A model generated the notes under the pieces. The model ran no database searches. It was not told the origin of the DNA and worked only from the letters and a program-made list of their open reading frames with translations. Below, one piece after another: positions 1 through 12,750 of a stretch of 64,000 nucleotides of DNA. This DNA comes from Iphione sp. A-MEVVRFRX5 (Eukaryota): contig OZ320314.1 in NCBI GenBank assembly GCA_976226885.1, positions 6,882,001 through 6,946,000 on the forward strand, in the 5' to 3' direction. Each line of letters opens with the position of its first letter. The first letter of the stretch is position 1. Position numbers and translations under genes: made by a program.

Positions 1-575
1 ACCACTGGATACTAATTGCATAATTTACCTTCCGGATCCTAGAATATAACTATACTGTCCTTGTTCACCTTGTCAACTCGGCAGCATGTTCTGGTGGAAG
101 GCACTGATGCCTATTGTTTACCTGTGGTTCAGCAACCCCCCCCACCTCTCCTCCACCCACCCCCCGCTTTATTATGCCTCTGAATATATCATTGGAGATT
201 CAGCTGGCCTACAAGTATGGGGAAAAACGTGTATTTTAGAACTGAAATAAAATAGAATGTCACCTTCAGTGACCCCCACTTGTCCCAGGCTATGAGTAGC
301 ATTGTTAGCGTTGTTGAAATGTATGGGGTTTACTGATCTATAAGCGTAATATCAGGCCACGATCTTTGGTTGACCAGAGCGGTTTCGTATGGACACATAG
401 GAACACCCCATTATTATCTACTTTTCACTGATGTATAACTTATGTATGATAAACTGTACATGGAAAATATCTGCCTCCAACATAGCATCATAGGTATTCA
501 TGTCATCCAATATTATGTTAAAAATCACCCATCAATGTATGATTACAGACACTAAGTATTAATATAAGGAAATGC

Positions 576-606
<31 letters not shown>
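576..606. repeat. (CA)n microsatellite
   Basis: Direct reading. Confidence 0.95.
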
Positions 607-608
<2 letters not shown>

Positions 609-730
609 GATAATTTTACAAAGGCCACATTGACATTGGTACGTTTCTACGCATATAAAGAGACGGCACCAATTAAAGCTGCAAATGATCCCGCAACAAG
701 TCTCCTGCACACTATTTCTATGTTGGCATC

Positions 731-797
731 GATTTCCATATTTGGGCCTGATTTCCATATTTGGGCCTGATTTCCATATTTGGGACTGATTTCCATG
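731..797. repeat. 19-bp minisatellite x3.5
   Basis: gatttccatatttgggcct at 731, 750, 769 and partial at 788. Confidence 0.95.
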
Positions 798-1811
798 TGT
801 GCAGTTACTATGTGGAGGGCCATGAATAGTCCCCCCCATATTCAGTGTAAAAAAAAGTAATGCAACCAGCATAGAGCCTTGTATAACCATAGTATAGAGA
901 AACAAAATTACCATTCCAAATGGACGTACATGCAGTCTGGACGGTGGTGAAGTGGAGCATGTTCCGCTCCAGAAATACAATACACAGAAATGCTCGACTG
1001 CCGTGGGGCTAGACAATCCTGCTTGGGGGGGCCCAGTGTTTCAATGACAAGTGTGCCGTGCATGATAAAGTCAAGAACGTTCGTAAATGTAATCTAGCAT
1101 GCAGGATGAGATGAATTTAATTCGCGTTGCCCTCACTTGACCACTGTTCGCTGTCACTCAGGAACTGTGCTATTATCCAATCACCCCCAACATATACCAA
1201 GGTGAATATATACATGGACCAGTTACAGCTAGGGACACAGGCTCCTGGAAATCCGGCCTTATGATAGGGCTACACGGAGACAGCTGTAACTGGCAGAAGC
1301 AGAAGGCGTCATATCCGGGTGGAGCAGGCAGCGAGAGGGTAGGTAACACGCTCAGATTCATCCAAAATGAATTAGTTGCTTTTGTCAGGCTGGTTTTACC
1401 CTTCAACTGGGTGGAAATATACAGGTAAACTCCTCATTCTTCAGACACAGCAGTATTTTTGTAAGAAGGCGTAATTATAAAAGAAAAAGTAAGGGACTAT
1501 AGGGACAGTTTTTAAGACGATTTTCACAGCAGTTGTCTTCAATAGCAATGGGTCTCTTATTTTGAGACTAGGATCTATGTAAGTTTCAATGAAATGTCAG
1601 CCACAGCCACAGCAGGAAATTCTGCACCACTTGTGATATCGTGCTAGGCTCTTAGCTTATGAGAAAGTATTTTTTACAACTTAGGCAATGTGAAACATCA
1701 ATTTATTATGGATTTGTTACTAGCCAGTGATTTATTCTCCCATTATGGTCTGTTGGGAAACCGAAAAATATAACATGGTATTGACAGTCCTATCACAATG
1801 CTAAACTTATA

Positions 1812-2072
1812 CAGAGGTTACTCCAAAACCGAACACTCAAAAACCAAATTTCCCCAAATCTGAACAGTTTTGACTGGCACCAGATGATTTCCTCTGTTAA
1901 AATACTGATATAACCGAACATTTCAATCAGAAATCCAAACATTTTGGGTCCATTTTGCTGATTTTTGCCGATTTTTGGGCGAATTTGTCTGGTTTTTGCC
2001 AATTTTTGGATGAATTTGCCTGAGTTTGGTGAATTTTCGGATGAATCTGTCTAAGTTTTGCCAATTTTTGGC
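1812..2072 (+). repeat. Interspersed TA|CAG-started repeat family (related segments about 11150-11360 and 59785-60000)
   Basis: Shared aaaaccgaacactc..aaaacc.aatttccc.aa head. The 1812 and 59785 copies continue into tttgccgattttt.g..gaattt subrepeats. Confidence 0.6.
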
Positions 2073-2125
2073 TTAAGAATGAGGCGAGAATGTTGGAAAG
2101 TGTATGTCTTAAGCATTCTACTTAA

Positions 2126-2430
2126 GGCATTTAAAAAATTCTTTGTTTTGGGGAACATGTTAGAAAATCATTGAGTTGGTCAGGGTTTTCTTTTTTTCTG
2201 TCTTTACAGAAATTATTTAGTAAAAAGGTTAGAAATTACTTTCTAATCATGTTCTCACCCCCTTCTCATATGAAACCTAGTAATCAAAGGAATATTTTGA
2301 ATATTTATGAATCTGTAGCTTTATCCAGTGTAGAGATATAGGCAAAATAGCTATAAAATAAAAACGTCCAATAGGCCAAAATATAGGGTCGGTCAGGTTA
2401 TCAGAAACACAGAACTTGTTTCACTCGGCC
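2126..2430. mobile_element. Divergent Harbinger-like MITE
   Basis: TAA|GGC ... TCAGAAACAC..GGCC|TAG; weaker similarity to the 59294 family. Confidence 0.45.
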
Positions 2431-2495
2431 TAGCAGTTGTTAACCGTATGAGTTAATGTCTATTATAGGTATTTGCATTCATTATATTGATTGTA

Positions 2496-2712
2496 AAAAG
2501 GCCGTGGGTGTATAGGATTCTGTTCCCTATCCAAAAAAAGACCCCAGAAACCTATTCGAAATAAGAGTAGGGGGCAACCCTGGGTATTCTAGTCTCTCAA
2601 TATTCAACAATCTGGCAGTATGCTACCCAAGGAGGATATGGAAGAGCCTGGTCATGTGATAGGGAATATCTACTTCCTGATTAAAGATACAATGAAATGA
2701 AATAAAATGATG
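2496..2712 (+). mobile_element. 5'-truncated SINE copy
   Basis: Matches the 3' part of 32845-33214, from aaaaggccgtggg to the tgaaa tail. Confidence 0.8.
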
Positions 2713-2880
2713 ACAGTCATCTTCTTTTAACTTTGCTGTGGACAGTTGTCAAGATTTGAGGCTTTGTGTCACGCATCAGATTAAATATATAAAACTATGT
2801 ACAATGTCCAAGACTCTCAGGAATGGGTTGAATATATCAGAATAATGTCTTGAGACAGGTTCTTCAAACTTGCCCCAGAA

Positions 2881-5800
2881 ATGAGTTCCACTGACAAGGA
2901 TGCAGTGCAGACTGCTAACAAGATGCTTCAGCGTGCAGTCCAGATTCATTCAGATGATCTCATGGAGTTGTATACTGAATGGGCTGTAGACAATAAGTTT
3001 GATGAGGTAAGGAAGATAATTATGCTTTAGAGTAGCATATGCCAGTGTACAGTCATATATGCAGTTGTTATTAACCTATTTCAGATTGACTTCTGTGTTG
3101 GTTAAATTTTGTGCTAATGTTTTTCTCAGCTGTTTGTAGATACATGACAATTGAGGACTGTTTGACACTAATGTCCTGATTTCAATAACTGTTATAGCCA
3201 TACCACATACAAAAACTATATGACAGAATTAGATATCAATTATACACTAAATTTTCAATTTAACTTGATATTGTGGATGACCTTTGAAATTTTTGCCCTG
3301 GTGTTGATGATGGGAGATGCATCATATAGGCAAGCAGTCTTGCTTCCTAATTTCCAGTCAGCAAGTTAGCAGTTGCTGCACACAACTTATGCAATACAGC
3401 TCAATAGAAGAAAAATCCCTGAAGCAATACAATATAAGAAAACTGTATAATCACACTTCTGCAGACACCTTTATAAGGGATTGGAATAAAATGTTCTCTT
3501 ACTGCTTGTTATATCAAGAAGGAAAAACACAAAAATGTAGCCTCTTCATGTCAAAGTTAACGCTTCTTAAGGCAAGTGATTGTAAAAGGAAGCAGGTCTT
3601 TTAACAGTGTATTTTTTAATGTTTTATTGATTTCTCTCCATACTTTTTTGCCTTGAAGCATGTAGCCCCTCTGAATAAGGGCGCAGTGGCATGTGCTGTG
3701 GGATTAAAGCGCCATGTGCAGGCTAACAATGATATCACTATCCTGGATGTTGCTGCGGGAACAGGTCAGGTTGGAAGTGAGGTAAGCTGAAGACAGGAGA
3801 CTAGAGCCTTTAGCCATTCACTGATAGCAGGGTCAGTCTAAGCTGAAGATGGGTGACTAGAACCTTTAACCATTCACCGAGAGCAGGGTCAGTGTAAGGT
3901 GAAGACAGGTGACTAGAACCGTTAACCATTCACCGAGAGCAGGGTCAGTGTAAGCTGAAGACAGGTGACTAGAACCTTTAACCATTCACCGAGAGCAGGG
4001 TCAGTGTAAGCTGAAGACAGGTGACTAGAACCTTTAACCATTCACTGATAGCAGGGTCAGTGTAAGCTAAAGACAGATGAAGAAAATCTGTGACCATTCA
4101 CAAATTTGAGGGCTAGTGAAGGTCTACTTAATTAGTTACATCCAGGGTATAAAACATACTTTGCTAATTAGTTATATCCAGGGTATAAAACTGACCTTCT
4201 CAAAAGTTGACCACCTGGATAAAAACCCTTACGATTGTTTTATCCCATACCCCGTCTGAGTGTTATTTGAATAGAAGAATGTATTGATCACCTGGATAAA
4301 AAATGATAACAGTTGGTACCAAAAGAGCATTTTATTAATAAACCCTGGTTATGTCCATCCCACTTATAGTTGAGAACTTAATATACAGTGAAATCTCCCT
4401 AATCTGTTTACCGGCTGTTCCGTCCAAATTTACTTGTAAAGTGAGCTGCCTGGATAAACCATAGCCATTCTAGCCTTTAGCTCTGCATTAGAGAGGTGAC
4501 CTGGTTACTAAGGTGAGCTGGTTACTAAGGTGACCTGGTTACTGAGGTCAGCTGGTTTCTGAGGTCACCTGGTTTCTGAGGTCACCTGGTTACTGAGGTC
4601 ACCGATTACTGAGGTGACCTGAGGTGACTGCATCCTGAGGTGACCTGAGGTGACCTGAGGTGACCTGAGGTGACCTGAGATGATCATCTGATTGCTGAGG
4701 TGACTGCATCGTGACTGTACTTCATTTGGAATTCGATGCATTTAGACAGATACTTCCTGGGCATACTATTTACAAAATACACAAAGAAAAATGGCCCTGA
4801 CTCTGGAAGTCCTCCAAAAGTAGCTCAAACCAGTTTTGGCTAGTTCAAACTGGATAGATCTGTAAATGCAAGTGAGCCTCCATGATTACATAATCTTAAT
4901 TTTACCAGGTGTAAGTGGCTAATTTGTGGAATCTTTTGCAATGGTTGATTTTGCTCATCCCTAAAGCCCTCATAGATTCATTATAGAAAGACTGGTGAAT
5001 GTAAAAATCTATATTTCAAAATAAATAAATGTACACATACCTCTCTTTAATGAGACCACTCCCTATTACGGCCATTTGAGTACAGTACAGACCCTGGTCG
5101 TATTTGCGAAGTTGAACTGTATTGCATTTATTTTTGGCACTTTGATTAAATTTATTTGTTATTAACGTAAGTACCATTATAAGTTACAAGTGTAGTTTTG
5201 CCAGACAAAGCACTCTATAACAACCATGTTCTTTCATAGTTCCCAGACAAGTCACCCATAGGCAACTTGTGCAGTCACCAACTCGTGTCACTATCAAGTC
5301 TTACATTCTCTCGTAATCTTTCCACCCACACAATTTCTATCTTGAATCAACATCATAATTTTCGTGAACATTAAGGTCCATTCACCAATTTTTGTCCTAG
5401 TCACGGAGAATACGCAATTTTACTTGAATTTCACATTTCCTTCTGTTTCTTAAATTAAAATATACATTTTTTAAGACTTTAAGTTTTCGTTTCATCTGAA
5501 TCGTTTTTTGTACACTGTATTTTCGTGGACTGGGACAAAAAATGGTGGAATGACCATATATATATCAAAAAAGCTTGAAGGTCGATGATCATGCAGAAGT
5601 AATCTATGCTTTAGAATAGTAGTTATAAAGATCTAACCGTAACAGTTAGTTTTATAGTATGAGTTAGCAATGATGTTGGTTTGTTAGGGACAGAGTTGTT
5701 TATGCTCTAAGATAATTATGTCATGAATCATCCTCTTTTCCCCTCTTTGTGCCACTCCATCATGTTGATCATCCATAATATCTCAGTAAATGTTTTCCTT

Positions 5801-8800
5801 ACCTTTATAATATCCTGTTACATTTCACAGCTTAAAAAGCTGGGATTCAAGATAATAGATGCGTTAGACCCTGTGAAAGCAATGCTGGAGATAGCAAAAC
5901 AGAAGGGAATCTACCGCAACTTCTATGAGGAATACTTTGATGGCAATGTCAAATGTCTTGAAACAGGTAAGGAATATTTGCTGGAATATAGTATTTTCTC
6001 AACATGAAGTTTGTCATACATTTGGCTGAACATTTATTGCTATCATAGTCAATATTGCCCTATGTAGTTGGAAATTATGTCATCCAGTATATGGAAAATT
6101 TGAATTATAAAGTGTAAGGTTTAGAGTTCCAGTCCATGAATGCCAGGATGCTGCATTCTCTACCAATTATCAAATCAGGAAAGTACATACAGTGCCCCCT
6201 CAGACTGTGACCACCTCTTCGATGAGACCACTTCAAAAATACCTGTTTTAAGGAATGGAGCTATATGTGTACATACATACCCCTCTCTGTTAAAACCACT
6301 CTTGACCATTTGAGGCTGGAACCAACAGTGGTCACATTAACAAGGGGATACTGTATATAATTGGTACAAATTCAAAGGCAAAACAAAGGAAAATAATTGT
6401 CTAGCTAGACAACAGGGGTAACTATGAATGTTTCTCACGATGTAACAACTAATGGCTTTCTATGGACACGAGCACCCACAGGCAACAATGCATTTGAGTA
6501 AGATTGTGCATCAAGGCAAAACATGCAAACAAGGGAAGTTGCAAGGACAACATCGTGCCTCCGCTTTGAACACATCAGACAATGAGAAACAGGACAGGTG
6601 TGAGGAAGGGCAGGAGAACCATGTTGCACTTCCTTTTTGAACATCAAGACTATGTCTGTGGTTGTGAGGCCCATAGCCAAAGGGGTATCGGAGGTATTGT
6701 CTGATACCCCCACAAAAGCCAGGAGTACCAGCTCACTAATTTCAGATAGTCCAGTACCACACACACATACACCAGATCGGCAGCCAAGGGGTTTACTCAG
6801 GTATTGCCCCCCCCCCCCCACACAAAAATTCCTGCCTACAGGCCTGTGTGTGTGTGGAGTTCATGTGAAAACCTATTTTGCATAACATTTAAATAACCAA
6901 AAAGAAAAACAAGTTTGAAATTATACAACATAGACATTTGCAACAGTTGTGTAAATCTTTAATGGTCATGTAAATTACCGGTACTGCTTGAAAATTCATA
7001 GATGGCACAGTGCAATTCCAATTCAGTGGCAATTGATCGATAGGGCCTTATATGTTTACTCTATAAAAGTATTTTTTATTTTTTATTTCCAATTCCAATT
7101 TCTTTTTTTATATGTTACAGGAACCAGAAATTTTTTGTTTACCTAATATATATATATCTACAGTGAAACTGTCTAAGAGCCCTCTTTTCTTTGTCTCTGA
7201 CAGACAGTTATGATGCCCTTACAACATGTGGATCCTTTGTCCAGGGGCATCTCAAGTGTGAGGCATTGCAGGAGATGGCACGTTGTACAAAACCTGGTAA
7301 TTATAGATTGTGTCAGGATGGGTTTTATAAGAACTGACTGGGAATCAAACATATTCAGTCAAGTGCAGTTTCTCAGCTCATCATTTCTTCATTCATCATT
7401 CATACATAACCCTGAGGCATTGCAGGAGATGGCACACTGTAGAAACCTGGTAACTATAGATTGTCTCAGTCATGATGGGTTTTATAAGAACTGACCCGAA
7501 ATGAAACATGTTCAGTCAAGTGCAGTTTCTCAGCTCATCATTTCTTTATTCATCTTTCAGACATAACCCTATTTGGAGGGAGTATCTTAACCAGTCAGTT
7601 TCAAGCGGTTATTATAGAGGAGGATGGTTGTACACTAATCACTCCTTGTGAGCAGTAAAATTGTACATGGCCATAGGATCCAGCATTATGATCCTAGAGA
7701 GCCATGCTATGCCTCATGTTCTGCCTTAGATCCCAAGCTTTCATTTGGTATAAGCTTCATTAAAATAGGACTAGGAGAAGTATGTGTTTTGTGCTAGCAT
7801 AGTCTAGTATAACTGCAACAGACTGTCAACACTGTCGTCGAATGACCTATAATGGTCATGGGATCTCTACCATGTTTCTCAAATGATTCTGTTGTGCTAT
7901 TTCTTTAGGATACAATTATTATGGGGATTAAAGTTGAAAAATATATAGGTTTGTCATACAATGCAGCACTCTTATTGTTTTTTTTGTAACCAAGCCGAAG
8001 GTAAATGGAAAACAGAATTCAGTACCAGGGCTTATTGGTTGTCATGATCGTGGAATGTATGATGAATTAGCTGGTACCAGGGGTCATGCTGACTTATTGG
8101 ACAAGGTTAAGAGATTAAACCAAAGGCAACACCCTACCCCCCATCTCACTGGCACCAGTCAGAGGCTTGTGTATTTGAAGTTTAGAAAAGGACCAGTCGG
8201 GCCAGCACAGCCAGTGAAGCTGGTGGAGTTTTGTACCGAAGTTACCTCAGGTTTGTCCACAAGCTAACATTTCTTATATACCAGTGGTCGGGCCTGGCCC
8301 AAAAAGGTCATAATGGCACATATGGTCGTAAATTGATAATTGTTAATTACAGAAATCCAAACTTTTGTGCCAGGTTGTACTGGTCATAATAGCAAGAATG
8401 GTCATAAATCGGTGTGGTCACAAATTAAGACTCCACTATAAATAGGGCGTAGTGAAAAATAACCTGTGTTTCCAGTAGCCTGACTGACCCTCAGTTTGGT
8501 GCCAAAAGAGGTTTTTACTATTGCTTTGTAAATATCTAGACAATGAATAATGGTACAGACTTTATACATCATTTTGTTACTTAGAACATTAGCCTTCACA
8601 TGATGCTAGATTCATTAAAATCTAAGCACCAGGGCTGATAATGCCATACGCATTTGGTGTTTTTAGTATCAAATAACAACACAGGAAAAGAAATACTGAA
8701 CCTGTATTTTTTCAGCATGTCACCAGAAATACTGATTTCTTTTAGCCCTAACTGGTGGCAGAGTGGCTTGGTCATTTTGTTTCTATTTTTAAGTAATTAA

Positions 8801-9172
8801 CCTCTTCAGTCTGCTCCGAAGGTCTCTCCTTCATTCAGGGTATAACAATAATTGTATATATGTTAAATGTAAAAATGTATGATTTTGCAAAAGTAGCGGA
8901 AGAAGTCTCATCTCGTGGCAAGGAAATTGATGACATGGAATTAGAAAACCCAGCACTGATTTTCAACATATTTTGTTTCATTTCCAGGTGGCTTTGTGGT
9001 GATTGCAATGCGTGAGGCACATCTGTACAATGTGGAAGAGTACAAGGACAGGTTAGAACCAGAGATGAGACGACTAGAACAGGAAGGAAAGTGGGAAATG
9101 GTTGAGAGGACAAAGCTCCCTACATATTTTGATAATGCCGAAGGCATCCTCTTTGTGTTCAGAGCAAAGTGA
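2881..9172 (+). CDS. METTL27: METTL27/WBSCR27-like class I SAM-dependent methyltransferase, 5 coding exons, 220 aa
   Basis: Exons 2881-3006, 3659-3781, 5831-5966, 7204-7296, 8988-9172. All introns are GT-AG and phases match (663 nt, ATG to TGA). Translation has motif I ILDVAAGTG, IDALDPVKAMLEIAKQKGIY, SYDALTTCGSFVQGH and KPGGFVVIAMR, the pattern of METTL27-family proteins. Confidence 0.9.
3782..4085. repeat. 56-bp tandem repeat, 5+ copies, starting at the METTL27 exon 2 donor
   Basis: taag marker at 3783, 3839, 3895, 3951, 4007 and 4063. Confidence 0.95.
4386..4717. mobile_element. TA-flanked CAGT-ended MITE with expanded internal 17/10-bp GAGGTGACC minisatellite
   Basis: TA|CAGTGAAATCTCC ... 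GTGACTG|TA. 4494-4705 is built of ctgaggt(g/c)acctggttact and ctgaggtgac units. TIR match is weak. Confidence 0.55.
6190..6353. mobile_element. TA-flanked CAGT-ended MITE
   Basis: TA|CAGTGCCCCCTCAGACTGTGACCAC ... GTGGTCACATTAACAAGGGGATACTG|TA. A related 3' fragment lies at about 5030-5119. Confidence 0.75.
6666..6846. mobile_element. CAGGCC(C/T)(A/G)TAG-ended MITE; second copy 52058-52329 inverted
   Basis: aggcccatagccaaaggggtatc..ccccacaaaagccag matches the reverse complement of 52270-52329. No clear TSD. Confidence 0.6.
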
Positions 9173-9489
9173 GCCAAAGATTCTCTTAGGTTCAGTATGG
9201 CTGAAACCAACCCAAACAAAAACTTCTCATGTGTAAAGGGGCCATGTTTTCAATCAGAAGTTCACAGAATTATGATTTACATAATTCAACAAAGATGCTT
9301 TTATATTCATCATTTTTTAAACTAATTGCATTTCCTATAGATTAAGTTTGAACAAGGTGTTCCACAGGGACCAAACATAGCCCCTAAACTTAATACCCAA
9401 GTAAAGGACTGTTTAGAGAATGCTTTTGTTGTGTTTCATCTGTCACATATGCTGATGATGTAATAATAATAACAAAAATACCTTCGCAT

Positions 9490-10800
9490 TAGCCCATAGA
9501 ATAAAAAGACTGTATACACTGTAACCATCTGGTCTGACAGTGAATCTTGAAACAATCAATGTTGTGCTATTCTCAAAATCATAGAGCATTGTAAATTCAA
9601 TAATACTGCTACATCAAGAATACCTCCACATTAGCTCATAGAATAAAAAGGTAGGATATTGCTAAAACCACCTGGTCTGATTGTCAGTCTTGAAACAATC
9701 AATGTTGTGCTATTCTCAAAATCATAGAGCTTTGTAAATTCAATAACACTGCTACATCAAAAATACCACCACATTAGTTCATAGAATAAAAAGGTAGTAC
9801 AGTGCAGCGGCTCTATTAGGGACACCCTCTGTTCTTAACCAAACTGTCCCTAATGGAGGCTTGTCCCTATTAGAGACTTTGTGGCCTGGGCCACTCTATA
9901 CAGGTTATCATGTAGAATGATTCCTAGGGCCATGTTTTATAAGTCCTACAGTAAGACATGGCCTAAAGACATATTTTACAAGTAGCTAAGACTGAACAAG
10001 TAGGTATGGAAATGTGATAGATGTGGTAGCACTTCTCTCCCACACCTCTGAGCTGTCCCTTTGAAGGCACTGCCCCCTCTAACCTGTCCCTATAGTGCTT
10101 GATTGAAGTGGTAATACTTCTCTCCCACACCTCTGAACTGTCCCTTTGGATGTGCTCCACCCCTCCAAGTGCTTGGTGACACCCCTTTGAAGTATAAACC
10201 CACTGATTTGTGGTATATAAACCCACCAACTTGCAGTATAAACCCACCTCTCCCACACCTCAGAGCTGTCCCTATGGAGGCACTCCACCCTATATGGTGT
10301 CCCTATTAGAGGCTCTCCCTTAAACATGATTATATAGGGAATATTTTGGATCTGAGCTGAACTGTCCCTATTAGAGGCGTGTCCCTATTAGAGGCATGTC
10401 CCTAAGGAGGCTCTTCACTGTATATTGCTGTAACCACATGGTCTGATGGTCAGTCTTGAAACAATCAATGTTGTGCTATTTTCGAAATCATAGAGCATTG
10501 TAAATTCAATAACTTTGCTACATCAAAAATACCTTGATGTAAGTTCATAGAATAAAAAGGTAGTATATTGCTGTAACCACATGGTCTGATGGTCAGTCTT
10601 GAAACAATCAACGTTGTGCTATTCTCAAAATCAGAGAGCTTTGTAAATTCAATAACTTTGCTACATCAAAAATACCTCCACATTAGTTTATAGAATAAAA
10701 AGGCAGTATATTGCTGTAACTATCTGGTCTGATGGTGAATCTTGAAACAATGAAGATTGTGCTATTCTCTGAATCACAGAGATTTGTAAAATTTAATATG
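9490..10800. repeat. 143-bp tandem repeat, about 5 copies, interrupted by a MITE
   Basis: cttgaaacaat marker at 9546, 9689, 10455, 10598 and 10741. Confidence 0.95.
9800..10420. mobile_element. 621-bp TA-flanked MITE (Tc1/mariner-pogo-like) inserted in a 143-bp satellite
   Basis: TA|CAGTGCAGCGGCTCTATTAGGGACA ... TGTCCCTAAGGAGGCTCTTCACTG|TA. Internal repeats of cttctctcccacacctctga at about 10032, 10097 and 10248. Confidence 0.9.
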
Positions 10801-11899
10801 AATTCAATAAATTCAAAAATCAATCTAGGCCTTTCAACTTCATGTGTTCATCTTACATGATAGAAAATGTCTTAAAGATGTGTGGCTCTTATATGCACAA
10901 AGTTACTTTTGACGTAGAACTGTATCCATGATGACTTATGTCATGCCGGACTTGCAGTATGAACAAGTTGCACTTTCCAACCATGAGACAAGGATGCATT
11001 CAAAGCCAGAGAACATCTGCAACTTGACCTACAATTTGATCTATAAATTGTAGAAAAATTGACTAAGATTCATGAGAATTCCTTATGTAACAAAGTAAAG
11101 AAGTGCTACGCCAAATGGGTTCTGTTCATGTTGGGTTTAGTAAGGGAATGTACCGAGGTGACTGCAAGTCCGAACACTCGAAAACCGAATTTTCCTAAAA
11201 CCGAACAATTTTTCTGGGAACGGAATGTTTCTCTCGATGTAGGTACTTATATATCCCAAATATTCATATTTGTGACCACATCAATGCTGTTATTTTGTTA
11301 AAATTAAGTTAAATTGTATTCAAAAACCGAATCCTTTGGTCGCTCTCCCCCAAGTTCGTTATAAATCAAAGGAAAGTGCTACTATTTGATGAGCTCGCAC
11401 CTCGGCGAGCTGACAGCGAGCCTGGTCACTCTCCCCCCAAGTACAGACATGCAAAACGATTACATAAGAGCTACATGCAGGCCTTGACCTCCTAATGCAA
11501 GAGAGAACACAGGCAGAGAGAGGTATGTAAAGTGTTGAGGTATCGCCTAGGGCCCAACGTAAATGATTGAAAGTGACAGTGGCATTTGGCCACTATTCGA
11601 AATCCAAATTACCCCAAATCTGAATTTTTTTCACGGAAATGGCGATCATTCAGTTTTTGAATTCTCCCTGTACATTGTAGACAAACGCTTGGCAGGTCCG
11701 ATAAGAGTATCTCAGTTCTCTACTTGTATACTCATGAGCAATAACAAATAATCATATGGTTTTGACCCTAAAAGTTATACGTTTATCCTTCACCTTAGTT
11801 ACTCTTACCAATTAATTGACAGTAGATATCAGCTACGCCCATATCAAGTGAGTCTACCGACACTGTATATACCTTGATAGCCCATACAGAGGGAACTGA

Positions 11900-12750
11900 G
11901 AGAGTGAAAAATTCCCTTTGAGCAATTGTCTCTCCACATATGGAAACCCAAACCACAGGTTCCCTGTCCCACTATTTCAACAAGCAACTTGATCATCTTT
12001 AACGACAAAAAAAATACAAATTCGTGTAAACGTATTTACTTCTATGAGGAAGACATTGTAGCTCTAACCCTGAAACTTTATTACTAGTTTATAGCTTCAG
12101 TAGCTTCATTGACATCTCCATATAGAGGGGTACTGAAGAGGTAATGCCAGAGAGCCTGCAATTAATGAATATACTCAACTGCATGCGCCCACCTATGACC
12201 TAAGCCAAGAGGCAGACAATTTCTTGGACACAGGAGTATTCATGGACAATCAGAACTGCATCCAAACTCATGTGTCCACAAAGCCTAAGGATGTATACCT
12301 ATGCCTAGATCATAACTTACATCACCCGAGACATCAGAAAGATGCTATTGCTTACTCCCAGGATATAAGGATCTGCACCATCTGTTTAAACATGGATGAC
12401 TGAGAAGCTCATGAAAGTAGTCATAACAAAAGCACGATCCCAAGACAGGGCTACGCACCTTCACGCCATCATGAAATACAGCAAAACCATTTTACCAATG
12501 GACTGCAATCAACTTTATTTAGGAGACGAACACTCCGGAGCTTCACAAGAAGAAGCTGAAGAATTTGATTAGAGCTATGCATACGGGGAAGGATGTATGA
12601 AGAAAATCATAAAAATTTGCATAAATCAAAAGCAACTTCATGATAATTCACAAAAATCGACGGCTTGAAGACTCCTTCCATCGACCAACATTTACCACAC
12701 CACGCTCCCGGCTTTGAAAACCCAATTTGCATTACATTTAAATAGAAAAT
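11900..12750 (+). mobile_element. Penelope-like element RT relic
   Basis: 12195-12460 translates as NFLDTGVFMD..THVSTKPKDVYLCLDHNLHHPRHQKDAIAYSQDIRICTIC..RQGY. This fits the PLE RT C-terminal pattern FLD..YxKPTD..HPxHxK..YSQxLRxxRIC..RGY. Stops and deletions present; boundaries approximate. Confidence 0.7.

Noticed and set aside
552-1016. 154-aa - strand ORF
   Set aside because: Includes a 19-bp minisatellite and a (TG)n tract; no domain.
8026-8760. Possible hAT-like CAGGG-ended MITEs (also 30906-31133)
   Set aside because: Only 6-8 bp terminal matches and no 8-bp TSD found.
9490-10800. CRISPR-like array (also considered for 3782-4085 and 18139-18519)
   Set aside because: Units are contiguous tandem copies with no unique spacers; eukaryotic context; no cas genes.
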